The position numbers and the translations under genes were made by a program. The notes under the pieces are model-generated. The model saw nothing but the letters and a program-made list of their open reading frames with translations. It did not search any database and had not been told where the DNA came from. From an uncultured Bdellovibrio sp. (GTDB lineage Bacteria; Bdellovibrionota; Bdellovibrionia; Bdellovibrionales; Bdellovibrionaceae): a stretch of 59,059 nt of DNA. Location: NCBI GenBank assembly GCA_964505225.1, contig CAZDHC010000001.1, positions 1 through 59,059 of the forward strand. Reading direction: 5' to 3'. Below are positions 20,521 through 30,092 of this stretch, in pieces (within the stretch, counting starts at the first letter, position 1; each line of letters opens with the position of its first letter).

Positions 20521-22212
20521 ATGGCAACATTGGATGTTTCAAACATTTTATCTAAAAGCACAGGCCTGAGTACTGATCAGATCCGTTCGCTTTTAGATCA
20601 GGCCTCAACTTCAGGACCAGGAACCATTGGCGAAACTTTGACTACCAAAGAATTCACCACCATGGATGAACTGCTCAGCGAAGTTTGCCGTGAAATGGGC
20701 CTTGAGTACATCCGAGACATCCCCGTCAATGACATCCCGGTGGATTTGATTCGCGATTTGCCAATTAACTTTGCTAAGACAAATAACCTGCTTCCGTTTA
20801 AAGAAGAAGGCGACACCATCACTGTATTGACTGCAAATCCAGTGAACATGAGGGCCCTAGATGACCTTCGAGTTCTCTTCGGCAAAAAAATAAAGCCTTT
20901 GGTGGCCACTTCGATCAAGATTCAAGATGCCATCAACAAGGTTTACGAAAAAAGCACAGCCAATCTTGCAGGCTTAGCTGATATCGAAGATGAAGATTAT
21001 GATTTAGATGATCCTATTGTGGATCTTTTGGAAGCCGGCGAAGATGATGCCCCCGTTATCAAAATGGTGAATTCGCTTTTGTTCCGAGCTGTGAAAGAAA
21101 AAGCCTCGGATATTCACATCGAGCCTTACGAGAAAGAAATGGTCGTTCGGATTCGAATCGACGGTATTTTGTTTAATATTTTTAAACCACCAAAGAAATT
21201 ACAAAACGCTATCACTTCTCGCTTGAAAGTTATGGCAAACTTGAACATCGCTGAAAAACGATTGCCTCAAGATGGTCGGATCCCCTTAAAAGTCGGCGGA
21301 AAAGACATCGACATTCGTATGAACACGGTTCCGACGGCACATGGTGAGCGAATCGTAATGCGTCTTCAAGATAGATCCAATGTGGTTCTTGAGTTAGAAC
21401 ATTTGGGTTTTAACGACGAAACTTTAAAAGTTCTCTACAACTTGATCGATCGCTCTTACGGAATTTTAATTGTCACCGGTCCGACAGGATCTGGAAAATC
21501 AACGACCCTTTACGGCTGCTTAATGAAATTAAATAAACCCGACGTCAATCTTCTCACCATCGAAGATCCGGTCGAGCAGCGAATCCACGGAATCGGTCAA
21601 GTGCAAGTGAACGCAAAAATCGGCCTAACTTTCGCCTCGGGCTTAAGAGCCTTTCTTCGTCAAGATCCCGAGATCATCATGGTCGGAGAGATTCGTGACT
21701 TGGAAACTGCCGAGCTTGCAATCAATGCCTCGCTCACTGGTCACTTGGTTTTAAGTACGATTCACGCCAATGACTCGTCTGGAGCCTTTCCGCGTTTGAT
21801 TGACATCGGCGCCGAGCCCTTTTTAATTGCGACATCTATTATTGGTGTCGTGGCTCAGCGATTGGTTCGAGTGCTTTGCCCACATTGCAAAGCTAAGTTT
21901 GAGCCTACTGATTTTCAATTGACCACCCTGGGAATCACCCGAGAACAAGCCAAGGCTGGAAACATTCACCAAGCGATTGGCTGCGGTCAGTGCAATCAAA
22001 AAGGTTATATCGGACGAACGACGATCGCTGAACTTTTAGTGGTCAACGACGAGATCCGTTCATTGATCATGCAACGAAAAGATGGAAGCTCGATTCGTCG
22101 GGTTGCAGTCGCCAACGGCATGAAAACTTTCCGAGATCACGGAATTCAAAAAGTCTTGGCCGGAATTACGACGATTGAAGAATTGGTCTCTAACACGCAA
22201 TTAGATTTGTAG
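20521..22212 (+). CDS. gspE: Type II secretion system ATPase GspE
   Basis: 563 aa. Walker A GPTGSGKST, Walker B/Asp box, and the tetracysteine motif CPHCK...CGQCN. Confidence 0.92.
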   Translation: MATLDVSNILSKSTGLSTDQIRSLLDQASTSGPGTIGETLTTKEFTTMDELLSEVCREMGLEYIRDIPVNDIPVDLIRDLPINFAKTNNLLPFKEEGDTITVLTANPVNMRALDDLRVLFGKKIKPLVATSIKIQDAINKVYEKSTANLAGLADIEDEDYDLDDPIVDLLEAGEDDAPVIKMVNSLLFRAVKEKASDIHIEPYEKEMVVRIRIDGILFNIFKPPKKLQNAITSRLKVMANLNIAEKRLPQDGRIPLKVGGKDIDIRMNTVPTAHGERIVMRLQDRSNVVLELEHLGFNDETLKVLYNLIDRSYGILIVTGPTGSGKSTTLYGCLMKLNKPDVNLLTIEDPVEQRIHGIGQVQVNAKIGLTFASGLRAFLRQDPEIIMVGEIRDLETAELAINASLTGHLVLSTIHANDSSGAFPRLIDIGAEPFLIATSIIGVVAQRLVRVLCPHCKAKFEPTDFQLTTLGITREQAKAGNIHQAIGCGQCNQKGYIGRTTIAELLVVNDEIRSLIMQRKDGSSIRRVAVANGMKTFRDHGIQKVLAGITTIEELVSNTQLDL

Positions 22213-22229
22213 AATTCTTGAGGATTTAA

Positions 22230-22691
22230 ATGCAGCAAAAAGTCTTGGCTTATATCTGTCGTTTCGAGGAAGGACTTTGGCAGCTTTTGGTTTTCCAAAA
22301 CGAATCTCAGCTCAATGACCCAAACTTGGATTCCTCTGGCATTCAAGTTCCTTGCGGCTCTGCCGAGACTGGCGAGTCCCTGCAAGGCGCAGTCGAAAAT
22401 GAAGTTCACAAGTCCACAGGTCTTCAAGATTTGATGGTGCTTTCAAAAATTGACGAGTATCAACACACTGACTCTAAAACTTTAGACACAGTTGAGCGTC
22501 ATGCATTTCTTTTGCTAGCTCCGCAAGAACTTCCCGCAAAATGGACTCACTCAAAAAATCATTTTTCTTGGGTTCCAGCTGCGGCCGCTCGAAAAAAATT
22601 AATTGAAGCTCAAGATCGGTCGATCAAAAATTTAGTTCAATTTCTTTTCCAAAGAGATTCCTTAAAGGACTCTTACGAAAACAAAGGTTAA
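22230..22691 (+). CDS. Nudix-fold-like protein with a degenerate Nudix box
   Basis: 153 aa. GSAETGESLQGAVENEVHKSTGL fits Gx5Ex7REUxEExGU except for R->N and EE->KS. Sits between gspE and gspF with 17-nt and 6-nt gaps. Confidence 0.5.
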   Translation: MQQKVLAYICRFEEGLWQLLVFQNESQLNDPNLDSSGIQVPCGSAETGESLQGAVENEVHKSTGLQDLMVLSKIDEYQHTDSKTLDTVERHAFLLLAPQELPAKWTHSKNHFSWVPAAAARKKLIEAQDRSIKNLVQFLFQRDSLKDSYENKG

Positions 22692-22697
22692 TGCTTT

Positions 22698-23924
22698 ATG
22701 CCTATTTTTGATTACAAAGGTTTAACCAAAGAAGGCAAAAACACCAAAGGCGTTATCGACGCCGAAAATTTAAGAGCGGCACGGGTCAAACTTAAAAAAG
22801 ATGGAATCTTCGTTGTCGAAATTAAAGACAAAAAGAAGGCAGCAGAATCAGGTTCAAAAAGAAATAAAACTCACAAAACCAAAAATGTGAACGTGAAAGA
22901 CTTGTCTTTAATGACCCGACAGTTGGCAACTTTAATTAAAGCCAACATCCCTCTGGTGGACGCTTTGACGGCGGTTTCCGAACAGGTTGAAAACCCAACT
23001 TTGCGCGAGGCCGTGGCTGACTGTAAAAATATGGTCAACGAAGGGTCGCCGTTTTTTAAATCACTTTCGAAATACCCAAATGTTTTTAACAACATTTATA
23101 TTTCCATGTGTGAAGCCGGCGAAATGTCAGGAACCTTAGACAATATTCTTTTGCGCCTAGCCGAATTCACCGAAGCGCAAAATGAGCTTCGCTCAAAAGT
23201 AAAAAGTGCCCTCACCTACCCGGTGGTCATGTTAGTGGTTACGATGGGTATGTTGTCTTTCTTGTTCGTTTTCGTTATTCCAAAAATGATCACGGTTTTT
23301 GAAGGTTTTCCCAACGCCAGACTTCCTTGGTACACCGAAGCGGTGTTCAGCATCAGCGGTGTCATGGTCACTTATTGGTGGGTATTTGTTATCTTGGGTG
23401 TTATTTCCTATGGATCATTTACAGTTTGGAAAAAATCTGTCGAAGGTAAGCGCAAGTGGGATGAGATTTCACTTAAGATTCCACTTTTTGGTGAAATGAC
23501 TCGAATGGTGGCGGTTGCCAGATTTACCAGAACCTTAGCGACACTTTTAAATGGTGGCGTGCCCATGCTTTATGCAATGCAAACCGTCCGCAATGTTGTG
23601 GATAATGATATTATTGCCGACGCCATCGATGAAGCCCGAAGTAATATTTCAGAGGGTGAATCTATCTCGGGCCCACTTAAAAAATCCGGACAATTTCCCC
23701 CTATCGTTATTCATATGGTGAGCATCGGGGAAAAAACTGGTGAGTTGGAAAACATGCTCGTACAGGTTTCAGATGCCTACGACTTCCAAGTTAAAAATAA
23801 AATTGAAACTCTGACCTCTTTAATGGGTCCCGTTGTGTTGATTTTGATGGGATTTGCAATTGGGGTCATTGTATTTTCGGTCATGGTGCCTATGTTCGAA
23901 TTGAGCGGAGCTGTTGGCGGCTAA
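22698..23924 (+). CDS. gspF: Type II secretion system inner-membrane platform protein GspF
   Basis: 408 aa with the duplicated GspF domain architecture and three TM segments. Confidence 0.9.
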   Translation: MPIFDYKGLTKEGKNTKGVIDAENLRAARVKLKKDGIFVVEIKDKKKAAESGSKRNKTHKTKNVNVKDLSLMTRQLATLIKANIPLVDALTAVSEQVENPTLREAVADCKNMVNEGSPFFKSLSKYPNVFNNIYISMCEAGEMSGTLDNILLRLAEFTEAQNELRSKVKSALTYPVVMLVVTMGMLSFLFVFVIPKMITVFEGFPNARLPWYTEAVFSISGVMVTYWWVFVILGVISYGSFTVWKKSVEGKRKWDEISLKIPLFGEMTRMVAVARFTRTLATLLNGGVPMLYAMQTVRNVVDNDIIADAIDEARSNISEGESISGPLKKSGQFPPIVIHMVSIGEKTGELENMLVQVSDAYDFQVKNKIETLTSLMGPVVLILMGFAIGVIVFSVMVPMFELSGAVGG

Positions 23925-24019
23925 TGCACAGCTTCAAAGGTATCCGATTCGAAATTTATCCTCCACAATAGTTGAGTATCTGAATCAGGAAAAATATTGG
24001 ATTCACTGGAAGGAATCGC

Positions 24020-24460
24020 ATGAACACAAAAGTTAAAAAATCTCATTTTGCAAAATCACTTAAAAACTCTGCCGGCATGACTTTAATGGAAATTTTGATT
24101 GTTTTGGCAATCCTAGGAAGTTTGATTGCAATTCTACTTCCACAGGTCACTGAACGTTTGAACAAATCAAAAGTTGGTGAAACCAAAATCATCATCGGCC
24201 AAGCCATCAATGCACTGAATATGTATTTTACCGATTGCGGTCGCTTTCCTGAATCTATCGAAGGCCTAATTACCGCAGATGCTAGTTGCACCAACTGGGG
24301 TCCTGAGGCGTATATCAAAAAACCACCTAAAGATGCTTGGCAACATCCGTTGGTTTATTCAGTCGAAGGCAGCTCTTTCATTTTGAAAAGCTTAGGGGCC
24401 GATGGCCGCGAGGGTGGCGATGGCAACAATAAAGATATTTCCAGCGAGGAACTTCAGTAG
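24020..24460 (+). CDS. gspG: Major pseudopilin GspG
   Basis: 146 aa. Prepilin motif G/MTLMEILIVLAILG. C-terminal KDAWQHPLVY...GADGREGG typical of GspG. Confidence 0.88.
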   Translation: MNTKVKKSHFAKSLKNSAGMTLMEILIVLAILGSLIAILLPQVTERLNKSKVGETKIIIGQAINALNMYFTDCGRFPESIEGLITADASCTNWGPEAYIKKPPKDAWQHPLVYSVEGSSFILKSLGADGREGGDGNNKDISSEELQ

Positions 24461-24464
24461 TTCT

Positions 24465-25052
24465 TTGAAGCCACAAAAAGGTTTCACATTAATTGAAGTC
24501 CTATTGGTCTTAGGAATTCTAGGCTCAGTTATGGCCTTTGGATTGCCACGCTTTCAAAATCAAAAAAACAAAATCAAATCGGTCGTCAGGCAAATGTCGA
24601 CCTTGTCGCGGGAAGTTCGCAATCAAGCTCGAATGAAACGAATGACCTATCGAATTGCATTTCGCCTTGGCGAGGGTAAAGATGCCTATTGGATTGAAAG
24701 TGCTCCCGGAAATGTTTTAATTCCCTCGCAAGCAACCCAAGAATCTTTGGAAAAGTTGGACGAGAAAGAACGCCCGGCCAATCCTTTCCAAAAAGTCACA
24801 AAATTTTTTAAAGATGAAAAAGAAATTCCTTCGGGTCTTTATCTTGGCAGCATCGAGACCCCCGCAGGAAAAGAAGCCATCACCCAAGGAATGGCCTATG
24901 TCTATTACTCGCCAGAGGGTTTAGTTGAAAAAGCCATCATACAAATTACAAATAAAGAATCGACAACTTGGTCGTTGATTTTAAATCCCCTCACGGGTCA
25001 TGCTGATATCGTGGAAAAAGCGATGTCATTGAAAGACTTAAAATTTGATTAA
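24465..25052 (+). CDS. gspH: Minor pseudopilin GspH
   Basis: The track ORF (24402) overlaps gspG by 59 nt. In-frame TTG 24465 gives a canonical short leader MKPQKG/FTLIEVLLVLGILG. Confidence 0.7.
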   Translation: MKPQKGFTLIEVLLVLGILGSVMAFGLPRFQNQKNKIKSVVRQMSTLSREVRNQARMKRMTYRIAFRLGEGKDAYWIESAPGNVLIPSQATQESLEKLDEKERPANPFQKVTKFFKDEKEIPSGLYLGSIETPAGKEAITQGMAYVYYSPEGLVEKAIIQITNKESTTWSLILNPLTGHADIVEKAMSLKDLKFD

Positions 25053-25551
25053 GCGAAATGGTTTTACCTTAGTTGAAACTCTTTTAGCCATGGTGATTTT
25101 GTCATCGGCCCTGTTGCTATTGACCAACTCCTGGAGTGGCAGTTATTTGCGTATCAGAAAAACTCAACAGCAATTTGAGGTTGCAGCATTGCTTGAGCGA
25201 AAAATGACTGAAATTGACCTTGAATACCGCGGCAAACCCCTGGATGAAATCCCCGAAGAAAAAGAAGAAGATTTCGGTAAAGAGTACCCACAATATTCTT
25301 GGAAGCTGACTTCAAAAAAATTAGAAATTCCCGATATCTCTTCCACATTGTCTTCCAAAGATGGCGGAGTGGATGAATTTACCATGTCAATCATCAAGCA
25401 GCTGACCGAAGGACTTTCAAAAGCCATTAAAGAAGTCACGGTCACCGTCTTGATGAAAGTTCCAAAGGGGAAAACTTTAGAGTATTCGATAACGACTTAT
25501 TTTGTCGATCATGACCGTGACCTTAACCTTGCCATTCCGACGGGACAATAA
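25045..25551 (+). CDS. gspI: Minor pseudopilin GspI
   Basis: 168 aa with prepilin leader MIKRNG/FTLVETLLAMVI. Confidence 0.75.
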   Translation: MIKRNGFTLVETLLAMVILSSALLLLTNSWSGSYLRIRKTQQQFEVAALLERKMTEIDLEYRGKPLDEIPEEKEEDFGKEYPQYSWKLTSKKLEIPDISSTLSSKDGGVDEFTMSIIKQLTEGLSKAIKEVTVTVLMKVPKGKTLEYSITTYFVDHDRDLNLAIPTGQ

Positions 25552-25552
25552 G

Positions 25553-26500
25553 ATGAAAAAAGGTTTTACTCTGTTAGAGGTCATGATTGTTTTAGTGATT
25601 TTGGCAACCTTGACGATTTTATCTAGCCAAAGCATTCAACAAGCCATCAAAAACAAAATCAAAATTCAAGATCAAGTCGATAGCATTTCACAAGTTCGAG
25701 ACTCTTTAAAAGTAATGGAAAGAGACATCAATTTAGCTTTTCATTTTTCGGATTTTGAAATGGAAATGAAGGATTTAGTGAAAAAGAAACGCTTGGAACT
25801 TTGTAAAAGCGGCGGCTCCACTACAACAAATCCAAATAACACTTCGACGACCATTCCCACTTCAACCACCTTACAGACTGGAATTAAACCCGGTTGTGAT
25901 CCCAACGATCCTAATGATCCCCTCGCAAAAAAATCCGAATATCGAGTTGACCCCACCACGCATTTTGTCGGCAAAGACAACGAACTTTATTTTCCAACTT
26001 TAAATGCTTCGCGCCTCAGCGAAGGCATTGCCCAAGCTGATTTTATCAAGGTCGCATATTTAATCCAAAGCTGTCGAAAGCCAGGACAAGAAAGCGGCGG
26101 CAGCAAGAACTGTTTGGTGCGACGAAGTTCAACTGTGGTCGAAGGCGACATCACCAAAGGTGGTGAAAACGTCGTTCTTTTAGAAGATGTATCCGAATTT
26201 AAATTGCGCTACTTTGGAAAAGGCAAACAAGATTGGAACAGCGAGTGGGACACCATGAAAGGTGATGCCATTGCAAAAAATCGCTTTCCGGATGCTGTTG
26301 AAATTTCTTTGACCGTCGAAAAAGGCGAAGGGGAAAAAAAGAAAAAGTATTCGATGCAAATCGTCGCTCCGCTTCGCTTCCCCAATAATACCTATCAAGA
26401 TTCCAAAAACGCGGCAGCCAAAAGCCAAGCCGGCGCTCCGGGAGGAGGCGGCTCTTTCAATGGTGGCTTTGGCGGCGGAAGCTCGGGGGACAATCCATGA
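25553..26500 (+). CDS. gspJ: Minor pseudopilin GspJ
   Basis: The track ORF 25502 overshoots. ATG 25553 gives MKKG/FTLLEVMIVLVI. Contains a Thr/Asn/Pro-rich internal insert and a Gly-rich C-terminal tail. Confidence 0.7.
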   Translation: MKKGFTLLEVMIVLVILATLTILSSQSIQQAIKNKIKIQDQVDSISQVRDSLKVMERDINLAFHFSDFEMEMKDLVKKKRLELCKSGGSTTTNPNNTSTTIPTSTTLQTGIKPGCDPNDPNDPLAKKSEYRVDPTTHFVGKDNELYFPTLNASRLSEGIAQADFIKVAYLIQSCRKPGQESGGSKNCLVRRSSTVVEGDITKGGENVVLLEDVSEFKLRYFGKGKQDWNSEWDTMKGDAIAKNRFPDAVEISLTVEKGEGEKKKKYSMQIVAPLRFPNNTYQDSKNAAAKSQAGAPGGGGSFNGGFGGGSSGDNP

Positions 26501-27738
26501 AGTTCACTCGAAATCTGTTAAAAGTTAAAAAACAGGAACGTGGAATTGCTGTCTTAATGGCTGTCTTTACCGTCGTGGTGATCATGTATTTGGTCACCGA
26601 GATCACCTACGACACCAATGTCGAATACATCGTCAACGCCAATGCTGTAAACAGAATCAAAGCCTACTACGCAGCCAAATCCGGAGTGGAATTGAGCCTG
26701 TTGCGAATTAAGATTTTCACTAAAATTCAAAGGCAATTGGGCGGCAGCCTCCCCCCGGCTCAGAAAAAGCTTTTAGACATGATTTGGAATTTCCCTTTCA
26801 CTTGGCCGCCCATGATCCCCGATGAAGCTTCTGGTGTCGATAAAGACATGATCAAAGATAAAGTCAAAGAGTCCAAAATGGACGCCACTTATTATGCTTC
26901 TATTTCTGACGAAGGCTCAAAAATTGACCTCAATGATTTGAACTCGCCGTCTAAAGCGTTACGAGAAGTCGCCAAGCGAATGCTCAATCAGATTTTCGAA
27001 AACCGGATTCGCAACGATGAAGAATGGGCCCGACAAAATCGAGATTTCAAATATGAAGAAGTCGTCAACAACATCATCGACTGGGTCGATGACGATCGTC
27101 AGTCCCTCAATGGCGGCGACGAAAAACAATTGTATTCAAGCCTAGGCGCCGAAGAGCTGCCCCCTAACCGCGCCTATCGCACAGTCGAAGAGCTTCGCAT
27201 GGTAGCGGGAATGACCGATCAAGTTTATGATATGCTCAAGGACCGTGTCACAGTTTACGGCATGCGGGCGATCAACCCCAATTACGCCTCATCTGATGTT
27301 TTAAAATCATTAGATCCCTCCATGAAAGATGAAGTCGTTGCCAAAATTGTGAAACGAAGATCTGACGAAAAATCCGGCGGCCCCTTTAAGGATGCTGGCG
27401 AATTTTGGGGCTTTGCCAATGGCGAAGGCGCCAATGTCACTGAACAAAATCAAAAAAGCATCCCTTTGACATTTTCGGATGTGATCAACTTTAAAATCAG
27501 AAGCGTTGGCGAATACGCCAATGTCAGCCGCGAAATTGAAGCCATTGTTTTTGATTTCAACACGGTTGCCGGAACTATTGCCGCTAAAACTTTAGCCGAT
27601 GCCAAAGAAGCAGCTGGTGGAACAAGTGGCGGACAAAGTGGCGGTTCGGATGCAGGAAATCCAGCAAAAAATTCGAATAAATCGAACGATCCTCTTCCCA
27701 AAGGCCCGCCTCGGATTGTATACTTTATCGAAAGATAA
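26497..27738 (+). CDS. gspK: Minor pseudopilin GspK
   Basis: 413 aa. ERGIAVLMAVFTVVVIMYLV N-terminus without the conserved Glu5, typical of GspK. ATGA overlap with gspJ. Confidence 0.7.
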   Translation: MKFTRNLLKVKKQERGIAVLMAVFTVVVIMYLVTEITYDTNVEYIVNANAVNRIKAYYAAKSGVELSLLRIKIFTKIQRQLGGSLPPAQKKLLDMIWNFPFTWPPMIPDEASGVDKDMIKDKVKESKMDATYYASISDEGSKIDLNDLNSPSKALREVAKRMLNQIFENRIRNDEEWARQNRDFKYEEVVNNIIDWVDDDRQSLNGGDEKQLYSSLGAEELPPNRAYRTVEELRMVAGMTDQVYDMLKDRVTVYGMRAINPNYASSDVLKSLDPSMKDEVVAKIVKRRSDEKSGGPFKDAGEFWGFANGEGANVTEQNQKSIPLTFSDVINFKIRSVGEYANVSREIEAIVFDFNTVAGTIAAKTLADAKEAAGGTSGGQSGGSDAGNPAKNSNKSNDPLPKGPPRIVYFIER

Positions 27739-27769
27739 GTTTCAAACCCCATGGACGGGAGTTTTTCGA

Positions 27770-29422
27770 ATGAAATCTGTAGGAATTGATATTGGCACTT
27801 CCAGTATCAAAGTAGTTGAAGTCAACGCCACCTCTAAGGGCGTTCAGATTTCTCAATTTGTCGATCACCCACTGGGAATGAACCCAGCTCACGATCAAGA
27901 AATAGAAATTTTAGAATTCCTTCGCGGATTGTCCTCGACTTACGACCAGACAACCAAGTTCGTCTTTAGCATTCGCCAAGAGCGAGTCAGTGTTCGCAAC
28001 AAATCTTTTCCCTTCAATGACCGACTCAAAATATTAAAAAGCTTGCCCTTTGAGCTTGAGGAAGATCTTCCGATCTCTAGCGAAAATGCGATCTTTGATG
28101 CCAAAGTTATTCGTTACCTGGGAAATACTGCTGAAGTTTTAGCTTGCGCGACACCAAAGGGCCGAGTCGCATCTGCTTTGCAAATTATGGCAGATGCAGG
28201 ATTAAATATCTCGGTCCTTTCTGCAGAAGGAATGGCTTTTGCCAATTGCTTTGAAAGCTGGAACGAGCCAATCCCTCAACTGCCACTGCCGGCCGTGGCC
28301 ATTGACGAGTCAGCACCGATGCGAAAGTTGACGATTCAATTGCTGATGGGACACTCGCGAACTTTAGTTGGAGCCTTTGAAAATAATTTGCTTGTCGGCA
28401 TGCGAACGATTCTTTGGGGCGGAAAAAATATTGCCGAGGCCATTTCTAGAAAATATGAAATTCCTTATGTTGAGGCACTCAAAGAACTTCAAACCAAGGC
28501 TTTCATTTTGCCAAGTCGCGAAGGCGCCTCTTATGATCAAATTGTTTTTTCAGACACAATTTCCTCTCAGCTGAAAGAACTTTGTCGAGAATTGAAGATT
28601 TCAATCCTTGAGTTTCGCTCTGAACTTAATGGTGAGATTGAAAAAGTAGGCATTACGGGCGGAGTCAGCTCTATCTTAAATCTCAATGCTTTTCTGACTC
28701 AACAATTAGAGCTACCAGTGAATCGATCTTCGATATTGCAGAACTTTTCCAATGTGGCATTTGAAAAAACCGCTCGAACTGATGCTGCGATTGGAATCGC
28801 GTTAGGGCTTGCCTTAGAAGGTCTAAAAAAACCTCGCAACCCTGCCATCAACTTCATGAAAGGCGAGTTTGCCAAGCAAAACACCAACTTTAAGGTGTTT
28901 TGGGAAAAATGGGGACCAACCATTCAAGTGGGCCTAGCCACATTTCTAATTTTCTTTATATACTCGTCGATGCGAAACTCGGTGTCATTAAACCTTGGCG
29001 ATCGCGCCATAGAAAATTTAAAAGACAAAGCCAAGGTGATCGCAAAGCTGCCAAACAAAGCGCAAAACGAAGCTGGTGTAAAAAAATACATTCGCGAACA
29101 AAAGAAACATTCGAATGAACTTAAAACTTTGCAAGGGTTGGCTAACATGAATTCAGCGATGGATGTCATGAAAAAAGTCAGCGATGCTATCCCCGGTAAA
29201 TCCGTGGTGACTTTAGATCTACGCAGGCTTTCAATCGTTCAAGATCAAGTTCAAATCGAAGGAGTGGTCGCGGACCCGAAACAATTTCTACTTTTAGAGT
29301 CTTCTTTGGCAAACGTTGCTGTCGGTAAAGTCAATCGCGAAACCGTTGCCTTTACGATGAAAAAACCAGGAACTCCGTTCGCACTTTCTTTTAAAGTCGA
29401 TCGCGGAATTCAAAGTAAGTAG
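27770..29422 (+). CDS. gspL: Type II secretion system protein GspL (PilM/FtsA-like actin-fold N-domain, TM segment, periplasmic domain)
   Basis: The track ORF 27599 overlaps gspK. ATG 27770 is preceded by GGACGGGAG. MKSVGIDIGTSSIKVVEV actin-like phosphate-1 motif. One TM segment (TIQVGLATFLIFFIYSS). Confidence 0.7.
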   Translation: MKSVGIDIGTSSIKVVEVNATSKGVQISQFVDHPLGMNPAHDQEIEILEFLRGLSSTYDQTTKFVFSIRQERVSVRNKSFPFNDRLKILKSLPFELEEDLPISSENAIFDAKVIRYLGNTAEVLACATPKGRVASALQIMADAGLNISVLSAEGMAFANCFESWNEPIPQLPLPAVAIDESAPMRKLTIQLLMGHSRTLVGAFENNLLVGMRTILWGGKNIAEAISRKYEIPYVEALKELQTKAFILPSREGASYDQIVFSDTISSQLKELCRELKISILEFRSELNGEIEKVGITGGVSSILNLNAFLTQQLELPVNRSSILQNFSNVAFEKTARTDAAIGIALGLALEGLKKPRNPAINFMKGEFAKQNTNFKVFWEKWGPTIQVGLATFLIFFIYSSMRNSVSLNLGDRAIENLKDKAKVIAKLPNKAQNEAGVKKYIREQKKHSNELKTLQGLANMNSAMDVMKKVSDAIPGKSVVTLDLRRLSIVQDQVQIEGVVADPKQFLLLESSLANVAVGKVNRETVAFTMKKPGTPFALSFKVDRGIQSK

Positions 29423-29426
29423 GTTT

Positions 29427-30092
29427 ATGAATATTAATTTTGCAGACCTTAAAGAAAAATTTCAAACCGAACTGAAAACTCAGTGGGAAAAGTTTCAAGA
29501 AAGCTCAGTCTACATTCAACTGAATGAGCGCTATGAAAACTTAAGCCCCAATATGCAAAAAATAGTGGTGATTGCGATTGCGGTCTTCGCAATTTACTTG
29601 GTTTTCTCGGTTCCCCTTTCCAATTTTAGTTCTTCAAGCGCTCACATCACTGAGTTTGAAGAATCCCGAAAAACCATTCGCGATCTTTTGAAGGCTTCCC
29701 GCGAAGCTCAAGAGACTCCCGACATTCCAATCCCGCCCACCGTCACCGAATTAAAGTCTCAAGTCGATATGCAGGTGCAAACGGCCAGACTTCTGCCAGA
29801 ACAGATTTTGGGATCTGAAATTCTGTCGGAACAACCGGCCTTGATTCCCGGCGATTTAAGCCAAGGAGTTGTAAAAGTCGCATTGGGAAAACTAAATCTC
29901 CGTCAGGTTTTAGATATGGGTTTTATGTTTCAAACCATCAATGCTAGCGTCAAATTGACTGATCTAGATATCAATGCAAATGCACAAGATCCAAGATATT
30001 TTGATGTGGCTTACAAACTTGCCGTGCTATCTGTTCCAAGTAAAATCGAAGCACCACCTGAGCCAGAACCTCCAAAGAAAAAAGGCAAATAA
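29427..30092 (+). CDS. gspM: Type II secretion system protein GspM-like (bitopic, PilO-like)
   Basis: 221 aa with a single TM segment (KIVVIAIAVFAIYLVFSV). Assigned by its position between gspL and gspN. Confidence 0.55.
   Translation: MNINFADLKEKFQTELKTQWEKFQESSVYIQLNERYENLSPNMQKIVVIAIAVFAIYLVFSVPLSNFSSSSAHITEFEESRKTIRDLLKASREAQETPDIPIPPTVTELKSQVDMQVQTARLLPEQILGSEILSEQPALIPGDLSQGVVKVALGKLNLRQVLDMGFMFQTINASVKLTDLDINANAQDPRYFDVAYKLAVLSVPSKIEAPPEPEPPKKKGK

Noticed and set aside
24402-24464. ATG-initiated extension of gspH overlapping gspG by 59 nt (similar overshoots at 9317, 17051, 25502, 27599, 31122, 31709, 47063)
   Set aside because: Prepilin leaders are short. The in-frame TTG 24465 gives MKPQKG/FTLIEV. 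The other overshoots overlap upstream genes or a terminator, and have internal starts with RBS-like sequences and proper signal or leader peptides.
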